Shown here piece by piece: positions 15,381 through 29,620 of a stretch of 64,000 nucleotides of DNA. The notes under the pieces were generated by a model. The model did not search any database, was not told where the DNA came from, and worked only from the letters and a program-made list of their open reading frames with translations. Origin of the DNA: Lama glama. Its lineage: Eukaryota. How positions within the stretch are numbered: position 1 is the stretch's first letter; each line of letters starts with the position of its first letter. A program made the position numbers and the translations under genes. The stretch spans positions 29,140,001 through 29,204,000 of the forward strand of contig CM052841.1 of assembly GCA_028534125.1 (NCBI GenBank). Reading direction: 5' to 3'.

Positions 15381-15432
15381 GTGATGGTGGTGGTGATGGT
15401 AGTGGTGGTGGTGATGGTAGTGGTGGTGGTGT
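15381..15432. repeat. (GTG)n-type trinucleotide microsatellite
   Basis: gtgatggtggtggtgatggtagtggtggtggtgatggtagtggtggtggt. Confidence 0.9.
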
Positions 15433-18400
15433 GTTAATAAGAGTAGCATTTATTAGAGAAGAATATTAGAGAAGAATATACATCTCAATGCCGGAAAGAG
15501 GTGTAAGAGGCATGTGGTTTCCTTCTCTGAGGGACCCGTAGGCTTTTAAAATAAAACCTCTTCTGTTGGCCAGAGTGGGGGTGTGTGCGATTCGTTAGCG
15601 TGGGGCACATTTCCACCTCTCTTGGCAACAATCCCCCCAACTCACCTACTCTGCCTTGTTATCTTTCAACTTCCCTTCACCCAGCCTAAGGTTCTGGTCT
15701 ACTCTCAAAAGCCCTGCTCCAGAAACCTTTCTCTTTTGCTCTTTTCTGCTGCCCTGTAACCAACCCAGTGTCTCCCAGGATCCACACACACTCTGCCACC
15801 ATGCCCAGGTATATTTCCAAAAGACTGGAAAATTGAGCATTTTTGTATATGACAAACCCAATGCTATTCACCCAGCTACTACAGATGATTCAGAAGGAAA
15901 ATTCAACTTTTCCCTGTTTCGCTTTGTTTTGTGGTTATAAACATAGCCCAGAAATAAATTCCTTCCTTCCTTACAGTAATAGGCCTGTGTGTAGATTTAC
16001 AATTCACTTTTCACCACCCAGCCTATATAGAGTTTGATTCTGCAAGTACTGCAACTTATTTTTTGTAACGCAGCAAGCTTTGGGTAAGTGGGTAGAATAC
16101 TTCATTAAAGTCAGGAGCAGAACAGACGGCACCTTTCTATAGAACGAGAGTTTTTGTTTGAGACACACTAGTTGCTGGGTCCCCCTAGCTTTTTAGTGTT
16201 GGCAGGGTAACAAAAGGCAGGATAGTTTTCTTCCTCCCTCTCCTTTCCTTTCTTGAAGTCTGGTGTGTACAAGGTTGGTATGGGAAGAGATAAAGATGCT
16301 CCCTGAGCATAACTGCACGTGATCATTGATTTGAGCATGGGGAGATAGCTCCCTGCACTGTGGAGACCTCCCTCCCTGCATCCCACCTTGCTTTAGCCCC
16401 AGGATCCAACACTGCAGAGAAAACTAGCAGGTAAGAGGCCAAGCAGAGGCACCAAGAGGTACTGGAAGGGTAAGAACTTGGTTGTGAGCAGTAAACAGAA
16501 CCCAGAATCTAGGGAGCCCAAGGGATGGGAGAAAGAAAGAGGAAGTACAGGGAGGAAGCAGGCCCCCAGGAAAGCGAGGAGGTTACCAGTGGGAGCCTCA
16601 AGAATGAAGATAAGCAGCTTGGCTCCAGGGAATGGAACTGAAGGAAAGCCTGCTAGAACAGGGCCAAGGAGCTATTCTTCACCGAATCTTAACTCTCCTG
16701 TGGGCTCTGAGATGCCCTGGAATGTAAGAGTTGAACTTTAAAAAAAGGGGGGGTACTCTTTGATCCATTTTCTTCCAGATTCTGGATGGGTTTACCACCT
16801 GTGTCATCAGTTAGGTCATGGATGTGACTGTTAAGGGTTTAAAGTAGGAGTTATAAAAAAGTAAAACTTCCTAGAGTCAAATGTATATGTGCTTGTCCCT
16901 AAAATAGAGTGCTTCCCTTAATCTTTAAAAAAGAATTCTTAAAAAGTTAATTGTAAATGAGCACGCATCATAGATATAAATAGGCCTGAGGAATAAGCCA
17001 AGAGTTTGGGTCATGATTGTAGTTTCTAGGAGCTGACTCTGGTCAAATGTCGGGAGATAAAGTGGAGAGAAGAATTATAAGAATTTATGCATCAACAGGA
17101 ATCCTCAAGGAGATGGATATGGGACATGACTAAGTAAGAAAAGAAGGGACTGGGAAAGGAAGATGCTGTATGGAAGAAACACTTTATTTTTCATTCCCTC
17201 TTTCAACTCCCCAGACCTTGCGTGGCTTATTTCAGAATAACTCAGGAGGCAATCACAATAGGGACCCAATAGAGCCCTGAAAGATGTGTGGTGGCTCCTG
17301 TTCCCAGGGGGCCAAGAAAGTGACAGGAGCCCCATCAGAGGGGATTCAATAGGTGGGTTAAGAAAAAAACCCAGGTAGTAAGGCAACTAGCCTCTAACAG
17401 CCAATGTGATAAGGAAAAGGACATCCACTAGAAGATTCTGGTGGCACAGATCTATTCAATTTCAGTACGTAATTTCTTAAGGATTTTACCTTCTAGAAAT
17501 TCACCTTCCTTTCTGATAGCCTCAAAATGTGGTTGAAGGAAATACGGTAAAAGAAAAAAGAGAACTGTCAGGCCATGTCTGTTCTAAATTTCAAATATTC
17601 CCCTGAGTGCTAGCAGTGGGATGGGTGTAGGATGAAAAGCAAAAACAATCCCGTATCACATGAGCCTGATTGTGGGTGCTCCTGTAGGGGAAAGGGCACA
17701 CTGACACAGGTTTGGGGATCAAAGGCAATGACACAGAGCTGCTAATGCGAACTCCTGCTTATCCACAGACTGATACCTAATTTGTTAATTACTTGAGTCC
17801 TTTAGGGTTACCTCCCCTTCCTTTTGAGCCAATTATCCTTCTCTCTGAGACAAAAAAAAAGGAGGTGGGGAGAAAAGTTTAAACTCAGCTCTATCAATGG
17901 AGATACCAAAGAACAGCTTTAGAAAAAGATTTGGTGGGATGTGGGTGAAGCTCATCTTTTTTGGCTAACACTAATTTTTGATTACTTATAAATCTCATAT
18001 ATCCTAAATTATTCGTGTCTCTTTGTTATGAAAAATTATAAGTTGAATGTACTATTAATAGTCACATATCTAATACTTTTTTGAATCTAGTTGAAGTGGA
18101 AAAAGGGTACAGAACCTATCAGTTTAGGAAAGAGAATGTTAGATTAAAAGATGACAGTACAGAATAATGTATATTCCAGTTTGCTTAAATTGTTACCATC
18201 AAGGAGAAAATTCAAACTGAATCTTCTGACAAGCTGGAGCCTTACAGGTGGGGTGATGGTGAGGATGAACTGGAAGCTTTAAGTTAGGGGTCTGAGAATC
18301 AAATGCCTCAGGGCAGATCAAGTAAGTAGGTAAAGCAGACAAGGTATTAAAGAGAACAGAGGCAGGGATTCTGTGGCAGCAGAGAGCATGCCCAGTCCGT

Positions 18401-18699
18401 AGGCATTCAGAATGAATTTTAACAATCACTGCAAGCTCTACACAACAGCCCTCTGTGGGCAGATGCTGCCCACGAGCGACCAGTTTGCAAATTCTGCTTT
18501 AAATGAGTTAAAGGAACCAGAAAAGAACTTCCATCTGTGATCACCAGAAAATGTAGGTAACCAGTAAGAACCAAAGGGAAATAATAAGCCAGGAGACTGC
18601 AGATAGGAAACGTTTTCTTGATATTCAACATTCCTAGGTTCTAGGAATCATGGGACTTAGACATCAGTTCTTGGCAGCATAACAGAATGGCTCAGTAGC

Positions 18700-19980
18700 A
18701 GGTAATTAAGCTGATGGTGTCTTTTGAGTACTTTAAAGAGATAGGATTGGTTAACAGGAGGCTGGGAACTCAGTATTAATGTCTCTTTCTTGATAATTTA
18801 TACTAATAGAGAGACATAGATGGACAATATTTTTGACGAAGTACATTGTGATTTTAGCAGGGAGGTTGACACACTGGGCTGATTGGAGAAATGTGGATAT
18901 CTGGCTGGGTGATTAACTAAATGAGAGATGGTAGAAAAATGGGTCAGTGTCATCATGAAAGGTATTTTTGGGAGTCATGCAATTCCTCAGTTCTGTCTTG
19001 GTTCACCTGAGCTGTCCTGGTGAGCATTTTGGTGGATTATGTTGAAGGCATAGTAGGTATGCTTATCAATGAAACAATGATATAAAATGAACAGGATGAA
19101 AAATTAATAGACTGATGATAAAATCAGGAGTTAAAGTAGTCCATAAAATGCTAGAATAATGAGCTGAAGGGGGGAAATTAAAAGTGTCACATCAATAAAT
19201 GTTAAGTCCCAATTTTAGGTTAAAAACAAAGATTTCACAAGAAGAGATTTGAGGATATTTAAATCAGCTCATGTGAAAAAGCCCTGTTTTTAATTAATTA
19301 TAGGCTCACTCTGAACGAAAGATAAGACTTGGCTGCTATGATTGTAATGCAACCTCATAGCAAATAAAATGTGTAGATCAAATAATAATAACTACTAGTT
19401 GTCGCAATCATAATGTCTCATATATGTTATCTCAGTAACTTAAAGTTCTAGTTAGGTATTAATACTGCATTTTGCAGATGGGGACATAGGTTCAGAGGAG
19501 TTAAGTAACTTGGTCAAAGTCACACAGCTAGCTACTGCAGAATTGGTATTAAAATATTTCCATTATACTGTCTTCTTTCCCTTGCAACAAGAACTACTTG
19601 TCCTATTGTACTCTATTAGCCTAGCACACAGAAGATGCTCAAAAATAGTAAATGAATGAACAAAGGAATTAAATCTAGGCTCTAACTACAACACAGAACT
19701 AAGGGTGATGCTGACAAATTGAAGTACATATTGAGAAAGTGAGCAGGGTAGTGGGAGATTTGTTTTTAGCATGATGAGTACAGTTAAAGGATCTTAGGGT
19801 ATTTAGTTTGGAAAAGACACAGCAAAGTGGGGAGATGATAGTGATCTTCACCTGTGTAAAATATCTTTTTCAGAGAGAACAGAATTTAATTTTTTCTTCT
19901 GTATTTGTTCACAAGGCTGGTATCTAAGGCAGTTTCTCCTCTTTCTAGGAGGTGTTCAAATAGAGGCTGAGTGTAACTGG
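18700..19980 (+). mobile_element. Degenerate CR1/L3 LINE fragments interrupted by a MIR (19410-19570, -) and an L2 end (19610-19665)
   Basis: CR1-like RT/3' motifs (gattttagcagggaggttgacac; ggtatttagtttggaaaagac; ctaggaggtgttcaaatagaggctg) and MIR core aagtaacttggtcaaagtcacacagct. Confidence 0.55.
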
Positions 19981-20228
19981 ACCACACATTCTTTCGAAGC
20001 ACAGTCCTTATAACCCCATCCTCATCCCAGGCCCTGCTCAATACATGCTTATTAAATGCTGTTGTTCAGGTGTGTGGGAGAAACACTGTTCTGGGTACAA
20101 GTAATCTGAACCCAATGACCTCCAGAAACTTTCCTGAATGTAAGGTGACAAATTTCATGCTCCACAGTGAATACTTCTGCATCGTTCTCTCCTATTTTGG
20201 ACTCTTAGTTTTGTCCATTGTGTTGCAT

Positions 20229-20421
20229 TAGTGGTTCCCAAAGTGTGGTCCAAACAGTGTCAGCAACAGTATTGCCTGGGAGCTTGTTAGAAATGCAAAT
20301 TCTAAGGCCCCACCCTAGATGTAGTGAATCAGAAACCAGGGGTGGGGGCAGATGCCCAGCAACCTGTGTTGTAACAAGCCTTCTAGATGATTTTGAGGCC
20401 TTCTAAAGTCTGAGAACCACT
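20229..20421. mobile_element. MER5A (hAT-Charlie MITE)
   Basis: agtggttcccaaagtgtggtcc...gagcttgttagaaatgcaaattct...aaagtctgagaaccact terminal inverted repeats. Confidence 0.85.
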
Positions 20422-22333
20422 AAGTTAGATGTTTCTGGCTCTTCCTGCTTTGGGTTGAGTAGAACTCAATGAGACTGTATTTTTTGAGGACAGGGCCCTG
20501 TCTTATTGCCTGGCACACAGTGAAAGCCCAGTATGCATGCAGAACCGAACTTGTTAATGGATGATGAGCATGGAATTTGATGGAACAAACTCCAAGGATT
20601 GGTTATCTTCAGCCAAGGGTCAAAAAATTCTCAGAAAAAAAGCCAGTCAACAATGCTGCTTAACAGCTTAAAAATTTGGTTATGTTAATATAGTTGTCAC
20701 TAGCTAGATATTATCCCAAGTAAGTGGAGGGTGTTGGTTACTCAATTAGCTCATTATATTCTGGAACTCTATTGCTTTAGATGCATCATGGTCATTGCTA
20801 TATAAAAATGGGAAAGACAGGGATTTTTCAAAATCAAGTTCCTCCACAGTGTTAATGATCTCTTGAATAATGTATTGAGCCCTATACATATCCATTTGGG
20901 TACAAAACTATGATTTAGTAATGATTCATTTAAACAGACAATTACAGAAGCATCTCTGTATTTCTAAAAAGATTCCTGCAAACAGAACTTGTATAAATAC
21001 AAGTTGTATTACTTGTATAAATACATTGTCTTTTAAACGTAGTAGCAGGGGGAGAAGCATGGGGCTCACTATGTGAAGAAACCCTTTCCCCAAGTTCTTA
21101 GTAGAGCAAAGAATCAGCTCTTAATTTTTCTGATTTCACATCCCCGTACTGAAGTTCTCTAATATGAAGGCAGAACTATATACTATTTTGTATACTATAT
21201 AGAATGTGCACAGTTAATGTATGAAATTTAACATATCATTCAAATGTGTGTTTACACATATTTATCTCTTTGTCATCTCTCTCTCTTTCTCTGATATAAA
21301 TCGGGCAGGTGATTCTGCCTGCCACTCCGCCTGGGAAGGACATGTCCTAGAGAATGTGGGTAATGTGGATCCACTCTTCCTTCGGTTGGTATCTGTTCCC
21401 TCATGCACCTCATGGCATTTCTATTGTGTTGAGTACAACTCCAGTGTTCAAAGATGTTATTTTTTGGTACATTTACAAATGTAACAAACCAAAACCACCA
21501 CCACCACCATCAAAAGCTAAACCTCAAACACAGAAGCAACAGAAGCCGGATGAGGCCTGGGCTTAGGTTCACTTCTCTGGCACCTGGGCTTGGCCAAGAG
21601 CTCACCCTGGTCATCCAGGCCGCGTAACTCCATGAGGTCAGCTAACGCCCAGGACACAGGGAGGGTGGGCCTGGATCTGTCCTAGATCTCTGGGAGTTGC
21701 TCTCCTTAGTCACCTTTCTGAAGGGTGGGGCTCTATAATGACCCAGAGAGGAATAGGGCCTTGGGGAAGAAGTCTGGAAGAGTTTGTAGGTGTGGGGGTA
21801 AGAGCCCCAGGTGGAGATGCTGCTGCAGTTCCTTTTCTGTTTCCATCCAAAAGGAATTGGTAACAAGGGCACAGTTTACATGCCCTAGCGTCTACACCTC
21901 TAGACCCCAGAGAGGCAAGGACTTCTTTGCATCTTAACACTCCTTTCCCTACATGTCTTTCTTCCCAGATCTATGGCCTTTTGAATTCAGAAAGCATTTC
22001 AAAGGCTCCTGGATATATGCTTTGGAAGTATGTCTGAGCAATAGACAATGTGTCCACATGGCACAATTTTCTGGAAACCACATGGCTATATGTCCATTAA
22101 TAAATAGCTTTTCCAAGGCTTCAGCATGAGAGAGATCTTCAGATTTGCAGTTCCTTCCTCTGTTTGCCAGAAAATTGCTTCACATTACATCATCACAAAA
22201 TGCTCTATTTTGCAATGACAGATGTGTATAAAATCTGTGCATGGCTTTAAACTTTATTAATATTGGCTGAGTACTATGAATATAATCATTCAATGGCATA
22301 TTCATATATACCTACTTATACAGACTGCATTCT

Positions 22334-22404
22334 TTTTTTATTTATTGCACTATAGTTGATTTGAAATGTTGTGTTAGTTTCTGGTGTATAACATAGTGAT
22401 TCAG
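22334..22404 (-). mobile_element. 71-bp L1 tail insertion
   Basis: Matches the L1 extreme 3' end seen at ~33000; TSD a(g/a)actgcattct at 22322-22333 and 22405-22416. Confidence 0.75.
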
Positions 22405-23319
22405 AAACTGCATTCTCTAAAGAGATAAAGGGCCAGGGACAGAAAAATGCCACTTGCATAATTTCTGCAGAGCCACTAGAGAATGTATGACATGGGAAAG
22501 CAGACAAAATGTCATTTCAAGAAAATTAGAGGTGACTGACTAAATCTTAGAAGTCCGAGTCATATATCAACAGAAATCATCAATATATCATATCTTCTCC
22601 CACTATTTATAATTTGCTTCTGCCATCTTTATATTGCAAATGCTTAAAATGTAAAGTTACAGCAAAGCTTTGTAACATTAGAGGTGTTCTGTTAGAACAA
22701 TGGTTCCCAAATGCTGGGTTTTAAATATCCCAGCCTGGAATGAAGTTTGTATTAATCTACAGAAAATGAGAAAAATGAGAAAATGTAAATCCATTTGCAC
22801 AAAGTTAGACTTATTACATTTAAAGGATTCTCGTCTCTTTATTTTGAGATTTTTCTTTTATAGCCCAATTGGTCTAGAAGACTACTTGGTCAATAAGATC
22901 TAAAAGTATATAATAACTAGGGAGAAAACCCTACTTTTATCTCTTTGCTTTTATCTTGTTCTATAGGAAGAAAAAACCAAGTAATTTTAAAAAACCCTCA
23001 ACCATTATTCTAACTAATTCACAAGTCTCTTGCTGGGTTTATTTTGAAGGTATTGAGCACCCCTATGAGCCAGGCATGAGGACCAACTATGTCTTTTGAG
23101 AAGATGCTCAGTGATCTACACAAAACACAAATCTATCGAAGAAGCCTTGAGTTGGGGTGGGTCTCTCTTGGTTTGTGTCTGGGTCAGATCTTTCTAATTT
23201 CTGGTCTGAGCCAGCAATCCCTGCCCTGTCCTTGACTCAACAATCTCTAGTGTCCAGGAAGGCGGCTGCTACTGCCTGCTGGGGAAGTCTAGGATCTACA
23301 AGTCTGGGGTTTTGCTCTA

Positions 23320-23694
<375 letters not shown>

Positions 23695-24129
23695 CTAAGC
23701 TAAATCGAGGTTAGGGAAGGGGGCCTGGATTCTTCACTAAGTTTCAGACTAAATCCAAATCCAGTCAGGCAACTTGTGCCACTGTCCTCTTTCTGGGTAT
23801 TAGATTCATTACGTGTCTCTGAAGCTCACCTGAATATATGTGGTTTACTGCTAAGAATTATGTATGTTGTAAGGCCAAGAATGTAGTGAAATCAAGGAAA
23901 GGGAAGCTATGCAGAGAATGGGAATTTCTTGAAAACTCAGCTTCTGGGCTGAGGAGTGTGGCAGACAGACACTGTTCCTTGGCCTTATTAAAAACCCTTT
24001 GCAACCCAATTCCTCCTTTCCCTCTCCCTATTACAGAGGCTGGAAATTCAAATACATACATTTCCAGTGTCTCTTGAAGCTGGCAGCAACCATAAGACCC
24101 AGTTTGGCTCAAAAAACAAACAAACAAAA

Positions 24130-24490
24130 TTCTACTGCAGGAAGGGGTTGTGTATTGGGAAGATATTTTGCTTTCCTGATGTACTCTAGCTATGGGGCTG
24201 CTTCTTTCTACATTTTTTCACCTTCCTGCTTCTTTCTGCCTTGAACACAATGTGATGACTGGAAGTGCAGCAGCTATTTTGCTACCAGGAGATAAGACAG
24301 TGCGATAAGGAAGAGCTGAGCATAAAAACAAAAGGACTTGGGGTCTTTTACTTCAGTGAGTCATTGTTGGGCTCTGGGCTATTTACCTTTCCACCTTTCA
24401 TTATGTGAGACAAGTAAAACCTTATTTATTTGTGTTATTATTAGTCTGGTTTTCTGTTAATAGCACGTAAACAAATTCACAACTGATACA
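24130..24490 (+). mobile_element. Old MaLR LTR (MLT1H/J/K-like)
   Basis: tgtgatgactggaagtgcagcagctattttg...ttttctgttaatagc...aactgataca. Confidence 0.55.
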
Positions 24491-24699
24491 GCTGTAGAAA
24501 AAGCCCAGTGGAAATTTGAATCTTTTCTCCCCCTGAGCTTTCTACTTGCCTAATTGGTGTTTCAGATAGAAACAGTGAATCTGGAAATTCTTAGCCCCTC
24601 TCCAAGTTTCCAGTTTTAATGTCTTGAGAGAAGTTGGGCATGGCTGTATCAGAGAAGTTGTTAAAAGCTTCAGACTTAGAGAAGCAGCTGATTATTAAG

Positions 24700-25030
24700 T
24701 GGCTTTGGTTTCAAACTTTAGCTGCACTAGTGATCACCTGGAGGTAATTCCTGGGCCACAATCCTAGAGGCTCTGTTTCAGCAGATTTAGTGTAGGTGGT
24801 CTATTTGACACCCTTTGAGAAACCACAGTAGCTTGCTTCTATGGGGCTGGATTCCCAATGGTTCTTAACTATGGGTGGTACCCAATGGACATTCAGGAAC
24901 CTGCAGGAGCTATTAATATTCAACGGGTGGAGGCTGGATGTGCTAAATCTCCTGCAATATGTGGAACAAGTCTATATAATGAAGAATTATTCCACCCCAG
25001 TGCCAATCGAACCTCCTTTTAGAAACACTG
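24700..25030. mobile_element. Adjacent MER5-like and MER20-like MITE remnants
   Basis: ttcaaactttagctgcac...gatcacctggag...tttgagaaaccac; gtgctaaatctcctgcaat...aagaattat...agaaacactg. Confidence 0.5.
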
Positions 25031-25519
25031 GGCTACAAGGAGGTTGGTGCAGGGTCTTCTTTTTTGTCCTGGGAATCATGGAAAGCAGGGCCGGTTTCCT
25101 CATGAAGTCATATAGGTACAACCCTTAAGGCTTGGGGAGCGTTTAAGACTTAAAAACATAATGGATCCAGAAATGATCATGGAAAATCAACATTAGTCAC
25201 CTAGAACTCAATTCAACTCATGTCAGGATGCTTAAATTATATATACTGCAGCCCTGGGAGCATTAACATGGTTGATATATTTTGTGGTGGGACATCTGGA
25301 AAGTGAGAAACTTAGAACTTATGAAGATGCTAACAGAGCCCTACTAGATCCTGGTTTTATCTCACTAAGAAAGGTGTGAGGCTAAGAATGCTTGACTATC
25401 TTCTTTCTAGCATAGTTATACATCAAGCACACCCCCTACCCAATTCCCTTCCAAGTCTTCCGAGCTGTGGGCAGGAAGAAGGAGGGACCAGGTGCCCAGT
25501 GGTCCTGCATGACTGTCTA

Positions 25520-25891
<372 letters not shown>

Positions 25892-25894
25892 TTA

Positions 25895-26212
<318 letters not shown>

Positions 26213-27261
26213 CTAAAAAAGCCAGAATAGGAAAATGAAAGCTTCATAAATATCCCAAGGGGCTGCTACTGCAAAGGAGAGTTAGTTCTGTCAGTCTCCC
26301 AAGTTGTCATCTGACAAGAAAGAGGTGGGTGGAGCCTCCTGCTGACTCACCCAGTCCCTGGGACACTTGGTGTCCCCAAGAAGCCGGGTGAGGGCTTCCT
26401 CGGGGAGTGCAGGAGGAACAGAGTCTCATTGCCCCACCGAGTTACTTTCAAAATGTGCTGTGGAGGCCAGAAGCCGACAGCTGTAAGAGCAGCAGGATTG
26501 AGGGGCTATTGATTGGGAATTAACACCAGGGCAGCTGTTGATTGCTGCAAGAAACCACCCAGGGGCTTGAGTTAATGATTTGCTGTCTCAGTGTGAAAGG
26601 ACTGAAACAGGGCAGTGACTCGAAGTATTTAGGAGGGGTGTTGCTCAGTGCTCCAGATGGACAGCATTTCATGGGGAGGGCAACGAGGGGCCATGGGCTG
26701 GGACCATGGAGCCCGGAGCCACCTGCTTTTCTTCCAGCGGCATAGCCATTCCAAATAGGTGCTTTTCAGGGCACAGGGAACAAAAGCCAACTGCATTGAA
26801 TAAATGGGCAAATAGAGAAAAATAAAAGATCTGGAGGTGGGGGTGAGGAGGAAGGTGATGTGTGGGACTTGGGTGAGTGTGAGTAATGTGCTAATGAGGC
26901 CTGCTTGGAGTTTCCGGGTAAATCCAGGGGAAAAACAAATCCTTGACAAAGCTCCTTAGCGTTGCAGGACAACCCAGCCCAGAGAGCGAGATGAGGCTGA
27001 TGCCCTTAAGTGCCTAGAGGTAGGTGAGGTCGCCCTCCCTCTCTGGATGTCTTATGTTGGCTTCAGAACAGGGTTCTTTTGCATCTATTTGTAAAAGGGG
27101 AGTGGGGCATGAAGAGGTCTCAGCAGTTGCCACAGGCAGATTTTGAAGATCTGCCAGGAAGGTATGCAAAGTTGACCCAGACTGTCGGCTGGAGTACCTG
27201 GAGAACGGCCAGGGGAGTCCATTTCCTTCTCAGGAGTTAACGTGGCTAGGCTGTTTGCTCT

Positions 27262-27435
27262 GCAGAGATTCTCAACCCTGCCTGCACAGGGGACAATCTA
27301 GTGATCTTTAAAAACTACCAGTTCCTAGTTCTGCCTCAGACAACTGAATCAGGATCTTTGAGGGTAGCCCAAGTATTGATATTTCTTTTAAAATTTCCCA
27401 GGGAATTCTCAGGTGCCACTAAGGTGAGTCCAGTG
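27262..27435. mobile_element. MER5-like MITE
   Basis: gattctcaaccctgcctgcac...actgaatcaggatct...ttttaaaatttcccagggaattct. Confidence 0.55.
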
Positions 27436-28032
27436 AGCTAGAATTAGGCTGGAAAAATTATATGATTTTTGACATGCTCTCAAGTCCAAAATACATCTTC
27501 TCAGTTTATGAGGGTTTTAATAATATCAGGACACCAAGACTCTGTTTCTATGGCCAGAGAAAGATGGCCAAAGTGCTTCCTTTGGATCTGCCTGCAAGAT
27601 GATTGCGTGTTGGAAACAGGTGTTTTCAGAGTTGGCATCCTTTTTGTTGTTGGCAGATGTGACCTTACCCACCCAAGACAGCCCTGTAAAAGCTTCTGAT
27701 CCTCTTTTGGAAGGAAAACCCAATGATAGGGCCCCCTGCTGGCTTCAGGATGAAGTCCAAACTCTGAGGGTGGCTGGTCCAGCGCCATCTCTCGCCACTT
27801 TCCACCTCTCCCTCCAAGCACACACTGGACCAGGTTTCTTGTAGTTCCTAGAAATGTCATGCTCTCTCTTCCTGATTTTGAGCCATGCTTCTTCTTTCAT
27901 TTCCAAAAAGCCCCTCCGACACACTGCTCCCACTCCCCTGCTGCAGCTGGGTGAATCCTATTCACCTTTTCCATGCCCACTTAGCTTTCAGCTAGCTTTC
28001 TGCCCCCTTCCAGCCAGGAATGGGGTAGGTAC

Positions 28033-28515
28033 TGACAAAGATTCCCCTACTTGGCTGAACTCCACTCAGGCTCTTCTGAGCTCTTTTCCAATTAGGCCTC
28101 AACTGTTGGACTTCCAACTTTGTCTCTGCGTTGTCCAGTTTTATCAACAATCCTGCTCAGTCAAGTTTAGCCAGAATCCCCAGCCTCAATATCTGATCAG
28201 AGTTGATATCTGACCATGTTCCTCATCCTCCATCACCCTCCATCTGACGTCTAATCACAATGGTCTGTCTTCAGTAAGAACCCATTAGGTCAGGTTAGCC
28301 AGAACCCCCCTTACTCCTGACGTTTCCTCTTAGTGATTTTCCATTCACTGACCCACACTTTTCTCCTGGCTATAAATTTCCTTTTTTTTTTTTGCACTCA
28401 GTCACGCCAAATCTCTCTTATTACAGAACCCCACTGCAGTAGCCCCCCTTGAATAAAGTCTCTCCTATTATCTTTAACAAATGTCATGATCTTTAACAAA
28501 TACTTTTTTCTTTAG
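28033..28515 (+). mobile_element. ERV1 solo LTR (MER31-like), antisense to TRPM3
   Basis: Starts tgacaaagattcccctacttggctgaactccactcaggctcttctgag; internal repeated ttagccagaa(t/c)cccc; TATAAA at 28371 and AATAAA at 28452. Confidence 0.75.
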
Positions 28516-29387
28516 TGACTTTGTCTTCCTTATAATCTCAGAGCTCCCTTTGCTTGCCCCTTTGGGAGGTTTCTCAACACTGTCACTATTGCCAATTTAC
28601 CAGTCTGTGTCCCACATGAGATTCCTACTGGGAACATTTCCCTTCATGGTTTCCCTGCAAGTGCATACCTAGCCCAGTGCATATACACAGCATATCTACA
28701 CATATCCACACATGAAAACTGTTTGTTGAGTGAATAAAGGAGATCATTACACACACTTTGGTTGCTGAGCATTAACATTTGCCACAGCTCTGCAAGTCTA
28801 CTCATGATGGACAGTTCTAGCTCTCAGCAGTTGCTGGCTCCTTCCTTAGGTCCTTTCCAGAAATCCCACCCTTGGCTTGATGAGAAAGCTTCTCATGTTC
28901 AACCAGATGCCAGGGTCTCTGTTACCCACTTGGCCATAGGCCTCATGGAATAGCTCACTTTACTTTTCTCTCCTCAGTGAAGCTCGTCCCCCCACCCTCC
29001 CAGCGGCTTGACCTCCCTTGGGGCTGTCACTTCTGTGCTGTCCTTTCCTTTGGCTTCTGCTCAGGTCTCTATGGGGAAACTGACAAAGGAGAAAGAACTG
29101 CTTGGGGCAAGGTACAAAGTATACACGGTTTTTACAGATGCAGTCCCCAATCTCCATTTCTCAATGACATTCTGCAATTTCTCTTTACATTCTGGGAGAA
29201 CATAAAACAAACTTGTGAGGAGCAGAGCTCTTCCATCTTTTGACTCTATATTTAGCAAAGATGCAGACACTTCCTTTACTATGGCCCTTCTTCTAGCCTA
29301 GAGAAAAAAACAGAGAGAACAGTAGGTGCTCACTGGTTTCAAGTGGCCCCACCTTTTATTCATCCTGCCTTTATAGACATAGTATTA

Positions 29388-29620
29388 CTTTAGTGGTTAG
29401 GAACATGCATTATAACGGGCAGACCTGGGTTCAAAACCTGACTCTACCATTTTCAAATGATGTGACGTTAGCTTACTCCACAGACTTCAGCCTCCTTTAT
29501 CTGTAAAATGGGGTAGTAATAGTATACAACGTGGGAGGAAATTATCAAGATCATTAAATGAGGCATGCATGCAAAGCACTTAGCTCAGTATCGAGCACAT
29601 TGCCCTTGATTAGCATTAGT
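29388..29620 (+). mobile_element. MIR SINE
   Basis: tagtggttag...gacctgggttcaaa...tctgtaaaatgggg...aaagcacttagc. Confidence 0.75.

Noticed and set aside
27669-27683. 15-nt in-frame AG...GT unit
   Set aside because: Very short pyrimidine tract with a competing AG; shows that such units arise by chance.
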